Positions 41,082 to 49,074 of a stretch of DNA of 64,000 bases are shown here, in pieces. The stretch is from an uncultured bacterium. GTDB lineage: Bacteria; Zixibacteria; MSB-5A5; CAIYYT01. The notes under the pieces were generated by a model. It ran no database searches. It saw only the letters and a program-made list of their open reading frames with translations, and was not told where the DNA came from. The stretch lies in the NCBI GenBank assembly GCA_963726455.1, contig CAVSCK010000004.1, positions 896,001 through 960,000 of the forward strand, given 5' to 3'. How positions within the stretch are numbered: the stretch's first letter is position 1; the number at the start of each line of letters is the position of its first letter. The position numbers and the translations under genes are program-made.

Positions 41082-42194
41082 CTAATGGCCTTCCGTTTGT
41101 GGCGGTTGGAACCTGGCCAGAAGTTGCGTGACAATCTCACTGTCCGGTGGCGCCGCGATGCCTTGTGCCTGCTCAATGCGGTACGTACAATACGGATTGT
41201 CCGCGCGGCAACCCGAGGCAGACACCGATGTTGTCGTGCAACCACCCCGGCACAGCGGCAGGTACTTGCAGTCGTGGCATGCGCCCGATGCAGTCTCGCG
41301 CGTAAACTTGCGGTTATATGCAAAGGCGTCCGGGTTATTCCAGATCTCCTTCAATGATTTCTCGCGAATGTTGCCTTCGACGAACTCCTCCTGCATGGAC
41401 AAGCATCCCTTGACGTTGCCGTTGGACTCAATCCCCACAACTCGCGTGCCGGCATAGCAACCCATATACACACCACCCTCCCAGAGTTTGGTCCCGAGTT
41501 GTCCGAAGTAGCCGATGTTTTCGCCGACGTCGAGATGCAGGCCGTTCTTACGTTCCTTGATTTCGATCAGCTTACTGATCATTTTCGGATAATCGGCAAG
41601 ACGCAGCACGAGTTCGTTGCTGTCTTTCATACGTCCGGTTGACGTGCAAAGCTGCACCCGCCATTCGGGACAACCGATGTCCACCAGAATATTATAGATG
41701 TCGTCAAGTTCTCCAAGGTTGATGTTAGACACTTGCGTCACGGCACAGAAATTGTGCCCCTTGCGCTTCGACAATTGCTTCAATGCACTCACGGCGCCCT
41801 TGAAACTGTCCTCGCGCTGTCGAATGTAATTGTGCGTCTTCTCGGTACCGTCGAAGCTGACTCCCACATTGGTCATCGGGACACTTGCCATATCGTTGGC
41901 TACCGCTTCTGTCAACAACAACCCGTTCGTTACCAATAGCGGCTTCATCTTACGCTCTTTGATCCGCTTGGCGAAAACCAGCCAATCCTCTCGCATCAGT
42001 GGTTCACCACCGGAGAGAGCGATATTGTCGGTGCCCATCTCTGCGAGTTCATCGATCAATTTTAGCCCCTCGTCGGTGGTCAGTTCGTCCGCTCTTCTCT
42101 TGCCGGCAGCCGTGCCGCAGTGAAGGCAGCGCATGTTGCAGGCGAAAGTTATTTCCCAGACGACTGCGTGGGGATAGAATTTGAACTCGGTCAT
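41082..42194 (-). CDS. Radical SAM/SPASM enzyme, PlpX/PcpX-like (putative tyramine-excising splicease)
   Basis: VVWEITFACNMRCLHCG..AG.RR.DELTT.E; GC.AG...GIE.NG.VKGC.S; C..C....LCRGGC; NPYC.YR. Confidence 0.8.
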   Translation of the reverse strand: MTEFKFYPHAVVWEITFACNMRCLHCGTAAGKRRADELTTDEGLKLIDELAEMGTDNIALSGGEPLMREDWLVFAKRIKERKMKPLLVTNGLLLTEAVANDMASVPMTNVGVSFDGTEKTHNYIRQREDSFKGAVSALKQLSKRKGHNFCAVTQVSNINLGELDDIYNILVDIGCPEWRVQLCTSTGRMKDSNELVLRLADYPKMISKLIEIKERKNGLHLDVGENIGYFGQLGTKLWEGGVYMGCYAGTRVVGIESNGNVKGCLSMQEEFVEGNIREKSLKEIWNNPDAFAYNRKFTRETASGACHDCKYLPLCRGGCTTTSVSASGCRADNPYCTYRIEQAQGIAAPPDSEIVTQLLARFQPPQTEGH

Positions 42195-43541
42195 GTCTTC
42201 TCCTTGGCTTTAGAAGTGGCTTGCTGCTGACGAGATCGCGCAATGATGTCAAGCATGGGTGTGAGATTATGCTTCCAACTCTGGCAGATTTCAGTGCCCT
42301 GCAATCCCCGGTCGACGCGCTGAGCCGGACAGCCACCCATGCAGAGCGGCAAGATGTCGCAACTCCTGCACTCGCTCGTCCTCGAACGGATCGAAACTGA
42401 ATAATCTGGTGAAATTGGGATGCTGAAAATCAATGTAGTTACGAATATTGCCCATCGATCTTTCCGGATCTCCGACATAATTCCAACAGCGGCAGATATT
42501 CCCCTCCGGATCGACGATAAAGCCGTTAATATGCTGGGCCATGCAATATATCGCGCTCGGACTCGGCAATTTCTGGACCGCAAATCCTTCGTCCAGCAAC
42601 TGGCGATAGAAACCGATTTCCACCTCGGAGAATTGCACGGTATCAAAGCATGTGTCAGCTATCGCGGCGCACGTCATTGATGACGGTTCAAGCTGGCCGA
42701 AGTAGACCGCTATTCGCTGCTGCAGTCCGGCCGCCTTAAGTTGCCCCAGCAATTCGGACATGGCCGCGAGGTCAACCGTCTTGTCAACGTTGACGCGGAC
42801 CGATATCATCATCTTGCTCGAAGCATATTTGACATTATCCAAAATCGTCTGGAACGAATCTTTGCCGTTCTTCAACGGCCGCCGCTGATTGTGCAGGCGC
42901 TCGGGACCATCGAGCGTGACCTGGCAAATCGAGACGTGCAGTTCCGCCAGTTTGTCCACCACATCCTTGGTCATTAGATATCCGTTGGTGACAATCGAAG
43001 ACGTGTAGGCGAACTGCTTCTCGCGCCCGAGATCGATCAGACTCTCCGCCAGATCCTCTATGATGTCCATCGCCAGTAGCGGTTCACCACCGTACCAATC
43101 CACATCAACCTTGTCGAGTGACTTTGCCTGCTTGTCGACGAAGCCGATGATGCCTTCCACGATCTCCGGGCTCATCTTGCCCTTCTTGTTGCCTTCGAAG
43201 CAATACGGGCAGGCCATATTGCAGGCCATTGTCGGGGCAATCACCAGTCCCAGCGTCCGTCGGTCGTAGCGCGTGCTTTGATGCAGAAATTTCAGCCATT
43301 GGACTTCATTCTCCGAATCAGGAAGCATGAACTTCCCAAATTCAAGCTGCTTCTGCAGTTCGGTCTCCGCGGCATTGAGTGTCGAAGTATCACCACCATT
43401 AGTGCTGCTGCTCGCCAGCCGCAGATACGTCTGGTAGTTTGCCTCTGTCATGAGAGCTAACGCGCCCGTGCGCGCATTAAACGCGATGTAGTACCCCTGT
43501 TGCCAGGGTCGAAAGAGGTTATAGAGGGAGACTTTACTCAT
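42191..43541 (-). CDS. Radical SAM/SPASM peptide maturase with an apparent frameshift near 42375
   Basis: IAPTMACNMACPYCFE, WYGGEPLL, QVTLDG; the SPASM tail ECRSCDILPLCMGGC lies in the shifted frame (ORF 42191-42646), whose stop overlaps the next ATG. Confidence 0.85.
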
Positions 43542-43834
43542 ACGGCGACACGCTTCTTCATTACATGTGATGCGTTACGAATCGTGACCGACTAATCAGT
43601 AGAACCTCATGCTAGTTCGAAGCGCCGAATTCTGATCGATTGCCTGATAGCCCAGTGAAAGCATCAAATAAATACTCGTTAGAGCGACTTTTGTCAAGTC
43701 GTATTTGAGCTCTGAGCGATGACCGAGTTTCGTTTTGCTCGGATGCATAATACTTTGAACAACAATCTTTGTGCGGCAACCGGCAGGCGTCAGAAGAGGC
43801 GTGTCCACGAGTGAAAGTGATCGTCTTGGCGGGT

Positions 43835-43864
43835 AAGAAAGAGGGAGGGGACTAAGCCCCTCCC
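43835..43864 (-). terminator. Intrinsic terminator after precursor A1
   Basis: GGGAGGGG/CCCCTCCC 8-bp stem followed by TCTTTCTT, 3 nt after the stop codon. Confidence 0.75.
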
Positions 43865-43867
43865 GAT

Positions 43868-43987
43868 TCATGTCCGACTCAGATAGGACTCGGGCTTAAT
43901 TCCGTAGCACGGATATACGACACCCTTGCACTTGAAGAACGTGCAAGCGTCGATGCCCGGGTTTTGTGGATCAATCAAATAGATCAT
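43868..43987 (-). CDS. RiPP precursor peptide A1, 39 aa: MIYLIDPQNPGIDACTFFKCKGVVYPCYGIKPESYLSRT
   Basis: Manual translation; AGGAGG RBS 5 nt upstream; paralog at 44439-44543; Cys residues and XYG motif; upstream of three radical SAM genes. Confidence 0.88.
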   Translation of the reverse strand: MIYLIDPQNPGIDACTFFKCKGVVYPCYGIKPESYLSRT

Positions 43988-44019
43988 TAAAACCTCCTGG
44001 GGTTAAGTGAAGGGTCACT

Positions 44020-44066
44020 GAAGGGCCGAAGCCCTTCCGTATCAATGAAACTACCTTTTGATACGT
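44020..44066 (-). promoter_or_regulatory. Conserved double-hairpin 5' leader element (copy 1)
   Basis: CGTATCA..TGATACG stem followed by GAAGGGC-TTCG-GCCCTTC; homologous to 44582-44623. Confidence 0.55.
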
Positions 44067-44389
44067 CTATAACACTTACGCTCTGCCCGTTTCACGGGCA
44101 GGTACAGGATAGTTCCTCCGAGTGGCAGGCGGGTCAAACACCTGCTTTGGTTCACTAAACGTCTGGGAAGCGCGTCGATTTCATGCCGAAGACGACTCAG
44201 TACCGCTTACAAAGTATGATAAATTAAGGACTTCAACAATTGCTCGCCGCTATGATAGCATCTTTTGAATGTCAAAGTCAAGAGTTTTTGGAATGAAACA
44301 TTACCAAAAGTAACCGGATAATCGTTAAGACACACCAAACTTGCAGTCTGAACATTTGTCCGGCTTGATGGGAACGGCGAACAAGCAGT

Positions 44390-44421
44390 CGCGGCGCGGA
44401 GAACGTATCCTTCGCGCCGCG
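44390..44421 (-). terminator. GC-rich hairpin after precursor A2 (terminator or mRNA stabiliser)
   Basis: CGCGGCGCG/CGCGCCGCG 9-bp stem 17 nt downstream of the stop; weak U-tract. Confidence 0.55.
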
Positions 44422-44438
44422 CAGAACACTTTGGAAAT

Positions 44439-44543
44439 CTAGGCCGGGTCCACTCCGTACATCGGATAGAACCTGGGACTGCACAGTTTCTTGAGCGTGC
44501 AACCGCTGATCGATGTGTCCTGGGGATCGATCAAATAAATCAT
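44439..44543 (-). CDS. RiPP precursor peptide A2, 34 aa: MIYLIDPQDTSISGCTLKKLCSPRFYPMYGVDPA
   Basis: Manual translation; AGGAGG RBS; first 8 residues identical to A1; shared CT..K and YPxYG motifs. Confidence 0.88.
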   Translation of the reverse strand: MIYLIDPQDTSISGCTLKKLCSPRFYPMYGVDPA

Positions 44544-44581
44544 CGGGATTCCTCCTATGATGAATTTGGAGTTTTGCTGAC

Positions 44582-44623
44582 GTGGGCCTGCGGCCCACCC
44601 CGTATCATGAACCTCTGATACGT
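44582..44623 (-). promoter_or_regulatory. Conserved double-hairpin 5' leader element (copy 2)
   Basis: CGTATCA..TGATACG stem followed by GTGGGCC-GCA-GGCCCAC. Confidence 0.55.
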
Positions 44624-44807
44624 TTCTTGCTTATGCGACCTCGTTCGTTTGCCACCTGTCGAAAACTAGGACATCCAGTCTTTCGATGCAATAGCCAATT
44701 CTCGACAATCCATCCTGGCTAGTGAGACGGCCTACTACACCTGCTGAAACAAGCAATGTCCGCTCCGGTGCGAAACTATAGAGGTAACAATTCGATCAGT
44801 TGAAAGA

Positions 44808-44836
44808 ATATTACGATTTGCCCGCCCATTTGTCAA
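44808..44836 (-). promoter_or_regulatory. Sigma70-type promoter upstream of precursor A2
   Basis: TTGACA-N17-TAATAT on the minus strand. Confidence 0.6.
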
Positions 44837-44903
44837 TGAAAATGAATCTTGGTAAGACGATGAACTGAACGTCGACCGCTAGCGTGTCGGGCATGTTGCG
44901 CAG

Positions 44904-47549
44904 CTAAAGCACTGGATGCTCTTGATCTGCCCGTTGGCCCGCATTCCTGAGCAACTCAGTATTGATTGCCTCCGCTAATTCGCGGCGGGAATATGGCTTT
45001 CTGACAAACGCCGTGACTCCCAGAGTCTGCAATTTACTGACTCTGTCGGTCGTCGCATATCCACTGACGAGAATTGCCCTTTGCTGTGGATGTATCTTGA
45101 GGATTGCCTCGTAAGTGTCTAGTCCGTCAAAATCCTTTTCCAGAATCATGTCCAGTAAGACAAGGTCCACCGACCGGCCAGAGAGATAAACAACGGCCTC
45201 GTGGCCGTTAGTAACCAGTTCCACCTCGTAACCAAGACTTCCGAGGATTTGTCTTGCTATCTCCCTCTGTTCCGAGTCATCCTCCACCACCAGAATCTTC
45301 ACCGGTGTTGGCCCCGGCTCATAGTTCTTCTGTTCAGCAGGGCACGATGTCATAATCGGTGCCGATGTCGCCGGGAAGAACAGTAAGAACTCTGCGCCCC
45401 TACCCGGCTCCGAAAGGACGTCATAGTACCCTTTGTGATCCTTCACTATGCCATGAACAACTGCCAGACCCAGTCCGCTGCCGCTGGCGCCCATCGGCTT
45501 GCTTGAATAATAGGGATGAAAGATCTTATACACGTCCTCTGGATTTATCCCGACGCCCGAATCCTTCACGCTCACGACTACATATTCACCCGGTTCGATT
45601 CCGTTGAATCCACTGGGAAGTTGGGTATACTGGCCGGAGTACGTTCTTATCGTCAATTCGCCCCGGTCGCCGATAGCTTCGAATGCATTCACCACCAGAT
45701 TCATGATGGCTTTCATCAGATGCGATGCCGAACCACTGATATTCGGCAAGGTGTCCGGTAGCGCAACATTCACGGAAATGTTAGGGTGATTTTCCCTCAG
45801 CGAGAGGAAATTCGGTGACTCCAGATATTGTCTAAGCACTTCGTTGACATCAGTCGGCTTGGTTTCGTATCGACCCCGTCGCGCCAGCGCCAGCAGATCC
45901 TGAATAACATCAGCGGCGTCTCTCGCCGCCTTCGACATGATTTCCAGTTGGCGCCGATGCGGACTATCCGACGGCAGTTTCATCATTATCAACTCAGGGT
46001 AAGCCACCAGTGGCCCCAGAATATTGTTCAGGTCGTGCGCTACCCCGCCGGCCAGCAACGCCAATGATTCTGCACGCTCCGCTTTCTCCAACCGGCGCTG
46101 CAAGATTTCCTGCTGCTCGGCTTCGTGCAGCCGCAATGTGATATCGCGCGCGACACCGACGATGCCGGCAACCTTCCCGCGCTCGTAGTACGGCTGTTCG
46201 TTGACTTCCAGTACCAGCCGATGCTTCTGCTTGTGGTATATCTCCACCTGATACGGCGGGAATGTGATTCCCTCTTCCATCGCCCGTTCCGTAAAGTCGA
46301 TCACCTTGGCATTGGCAGGACTGTCGGTCAGGTAGCTGGTATAGTGCCGCATCCACTCCTGCGGCGTATATCCGGTCACGGCCTCCACCGAATGCGAGAC
46401 GTAGTGGAAGATTCCCTGAGTATCGTGGCGATATATGAAGTCGCTCGTATTCTCCAGCAGCACCCGTTGCTCGGCAGCCAGTTCTGACACCTTTGTCGCC
46501 GCATCTTTCAATGCTTCTTCCGTGTGCTTGCGCTCGACTATCTCATCTACCAGACTGCTGTTCTGATGGAAGAATTGGTCAATGAGATAGGCAATCAGCC
46601 CGAACTCTCCCCCCTCCATTTTTAGATTCTGAATATACTTTGCGTCGTCTTCCGACAGTGCGCGCGATATAGAAGCAAGCGGCCGCGATACCCAGAATCG
46701 CAGCGTATACCAGCCCACCAGGATCAGCAAACTGCAAAAGACGATAATCACCGCCGTGCGGGTATTAACTGCGCGATTGTATTCAGCCAGGAATCCCGAT
46801 CGACTTTCACTTCTGACGACCGTCACGGGAAAACTATTCCAACCGTACAGCGTATCCGCCGTGCGCACTTGTGCTTCATGCAGGTCAGACATCCATTGCG
46901 TAAGAGGCGAGTTCCCGATCTCCACCAGCGTGATGTTGGCCTCCGACAGCCGTTCCAATTCCCTCACATAATCTGATGACCACAAGCGCCCAACCAGCAA
47001 ATAGCCCACTGGCGGGGTGCTCCGTCCCTCATCCGCACTCGGTTGAATCGGTGCGCCACACATTTCCATGGGTCCGAGCGGCGTCGACACGAAGAAATGA
47101 GGAAACATGCCGTTGGCGAACAGGTGTTCACTGTTAGCGGTGAGAAATGGCTCCATTGCCACAACTTCGCCCGCGACCTTGCACACTGCGTAGACCTGCG
47201 CCATATCGGTTCGGAATACCCAGGCAGCAGTGGCATCATACGTTTCAATGCCCACATCTATGTTTTCGTGCGCCCAGCCGCTATCCGACGTCTTCACGAA
47301 AGTAACCATGTCGTCCCAGAAACTATAGTCGTAGGCAAGTGTCACAAGCGATGTGCCGTTTAGTTCGATGATCTTGTGTAGTAGCTTCTGTTCGCTGGTT
47401 TCCTGGTCAACCAGAATTGATTTTGCGCGGTCTGTTTCAGAATGATGCAGTACGATCATACCGCAAAGCAGTATCCCGACCAGTACGATCAGCAGGAATA
47501 ACAGACGTGTCTGCACTGTGGCCACGATAGTCCCCTGTTGCCTTCGCAT
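44904..47549 (-). CDS. Hybrid sensor histidine kinase (CHASE4-like sensor, PAS, HisKA, HATPase, receiver)
   Basis: Two TM helices around DYSFWDD; H-box AGGVAHDLNNIL; N-box NLVVNAFEA; DSGVGI; GSGLGL; receiver motifs ILVVEDD, LLDM, KPY. Confidence 0.92.
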   Translation of the reverse strand: MRRQQGTIVATVQTRLLFLLIVLVGILLCGMIVLHHSETDRAKSILVDQETSEQKLLHKIIELNGTSLVTLAYDYSFWDDMVTFVKTSDSGWAHENIDVGIETYDATAAWVFRTDMAQVYAVCKVAGEVVAMEPFLTANSEHLFANGMFPHFFVSTPLGPMEMCGAPIQPSADEGRSTPPVGYLLVGRLWSSDYVRELERLSEANITLVEIGNSPLTQWMSDLHEAQVRTADTLYGWNSFPVTVVRSESRSGFLAEYNRAVNTRTAVIIVFCSLLILVGWYTLRFWVSRPLASISRALSEDDAKYIQNLKMEGGEFGLIAYLIDQFFHQNSSLVDEIVERKHTEEALKDAATKVSELAAEQRVLLENTSDFIYRHDTQGIFHYVSHSVEAVTGYTPQEWMRHYTSYLTDSPANAKVIDFTERAMEEGITFPPYQVEIYHKQKHRLVLEVNEQPYYERGKVAGIVGVARDITLRLHEAEQQEILQRRLEKAERAESLALLAGGVAHDLNNILGPLVAYPELIMMKLPSDSPHRRQLEIMSKAARDAADVIQDLLALARRGRYETKPTDVNEVLRQYLESPNFLSLRENHPNISVNVALPDTLPNISGSASHLMKAIMNLVVNAFEAIGDRGELTIRTYSGQYTQLPSGFNGIEPGEYVVVSVKDSGVGINPEDVYKIFHPYYSSKPMGASGSGLGLAVVHGIVKDHKGYYDVLSEPGRGAEFLLFFPATSAPIMTSCPAEQKNYEPGPTPVKILVVEDDSEQREIARQILGSLGYEVELVTNGHEAVVYLSGRSVDLVLLDMILEKDFDGLDTYEAILKIHPQQRAILVSGYATTDRVSKLQTLGVTAFVRKPYSRRELAEAINTELLRNAGQRADQEHPVL

Positions 47550-47723
47550 CTTTCTGCCTCCCCTGTGGATCCGGCATTACCGTTTAGCGGGGAGAATACT
47601 CTGATTTTATCGTCAGAGGCGTGCTTCTCCTGAAGACACCACCGGGCAGCCAAAAACTCGAAAATCTCAGCCATAACACTGCAAATCCTCTCGCTTGCAC
47701 CTGCTTAGGCGACAAAAAAGTAT

Positions 47724-47752
47724 TTGACAATTCCACACAAATTGGGTAATTT
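47724..47752 (+). promoter_or_regulatory. Sigma70-type promoter for the TrmB-family gene
   Basis: TTGACA-N17-TAATTT. Confidence 0.55.
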
Positions 47753-47874
47753 GGGGTGGCTTTTTGTAATCACTGCTAGTGGTTACAATCGCCTCAAGAA
47801 GTCTCGCAGGATATTCGCCTTGAATACTTGCGGCCTGCCTGAACTTCATAGCGTTTAGGAGCCGGAGCCGACTA

Positions 47875-48717
47875 ATGTCCGACAAAGCCATCAAGGGTTA
47901 CCTGATGCAACTGGGCCTGACTGATTACGAGTCCAAGGTCTACCTCTCTCTGCTCAAAAAGAACGCGTTTTCGGCCACCGCGCTCTCGCAGGCCTCCGAA
48001 GTGCCTCGCACTCGCATCTATGAAGTGCTCGAAAACCTCAGTCAGAAAGGTCTCTGCACGGAAATCCTCGGCAGCGTGAAAGAATACCGGGCTGTGAGTC
48101 CCGATCGCGCGATTGAACGGCTGCTGGAAAAACAGAAATCGGATCTGCGGCAGAAAGAGGATTTGGCCGATTCGGTCGCTTCATCGCTCTTGAAATTGCA
48201 TGCTCAGGGTCTTGTCAATCGTGATCCCGCAGACTACGTGGAACTCTACCGCGAGCCCCGGCAGGTTGGTGAGAAATTCGTCCAGCTCCTGTGTGAAGCC
48301 AACCGCGAAATTCTCGTTTGCGTCAAGCCGCCTTTCGTCAACGCAGACCAGGTCTTGCGCCGGCAGAATCAGGAAGAACTCAAATCGATGAAACGCGGGG
48401 TCACATATCAGGCGTTGTACGAAGCCCGCACACTGCAAAACGATGGCACTTGGCAGCCGGCCCATATGAAAAAGACAACGGACGCAGGCGGCAGCGTTCG
48501 CATCATCGAGGAGTTGCCTCTCAAGATGGCGATCTTCGACGAAAGCGAGGTCATCTTCGCCATGGAGGACTTCAATCCTTTCACGAAGACTCAGACTTCG
48601 CTGGTCATCAAGCATCATGCTCTGGCGACAACTCTGAAACTGCTGTTCAACTGCTTGTGGGCCACCGGCGCGGATTATCGCAAGTGGTGGGATCACCAGC
48701 GATCGAATGGGAAATAG
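47875..48717 (+). CDS. TrmB-family transcriptional regulator
   Basis: LGLTDYESKVYLSLL...SEVPRTRIYEVLENL..KG HTH; C-terminal LPLKMAIFD. Confidence 0.9.
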   Translation: MSDKAIKGYLMQLGLTDYESKVYLSLLKKNAFSATALSQASEVPRTRIYEVLENLSQKGLCTEILGSVKEYRAVSPDRAIERLLEKQKSDLRQKEDLADSVASSLLKLHAQGLVNRDPADYVELYREPRQVGEKFVQLLCEANREILVCVKPPFVNADQVLRRQNQEELKSMKRGVTYQALYEARTLQNDGTWQPAHMKKTTDAGGSVRIIEELPLKMAIFDESEVIFAMEDFNPFTKTQTSLVIKHHALATTLKLLFNCLWATGADYRKWWDHQRSNGK

Positions 48718-49074
48718 TAGTAGTGGGCAATCTGCCTCCGGAAACTTGCCTTTGATACGATGGAATATGTCCCGACGGTGGTAACACCCCGGAAGGATTT
48801 TCAATAGTCACAATCGAAACCACGACCGTGTCGCATTGTCGCAGTGCGCCGCCGCCGGAATCGAGAGTATGCAGATATTCCTAAACGCCATTAGGGTCAC
48901 CTACCGGAGAATTAGATGCTATTCACATAGCGATAGTCAGACTTTATCAATCCCAACATCTAGACCGCTGATCGCGGAGGAGTTGCCTATGTCCCATCGT
49001 CCGTATTAGTCCTCTCTGCGGATATTAACCATCATCGGTCGCATCTCGAAGGATGCGACAAGGAAAGTTTAACT

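Noticed and set aside
43596-43871. 91-aa ORF as the precursor peptide or an RRE protein
   Set aside because: It starts across the A1 stop and terminator and lacks a convincing RBS or motif; better-supported precursors lie just upstream
44278-44598. 106-aa ORF from the track
   Set aside because: Alternative frame overlapping precursor A2 and its hairpins; the A2 frame has the RBS and the paralog support
47550-47720. Possible c-di-GMP or other riboswitch upstream of the kinase
   Set aside because: Some pairing potential, but the conserved aptamer motifs were not found
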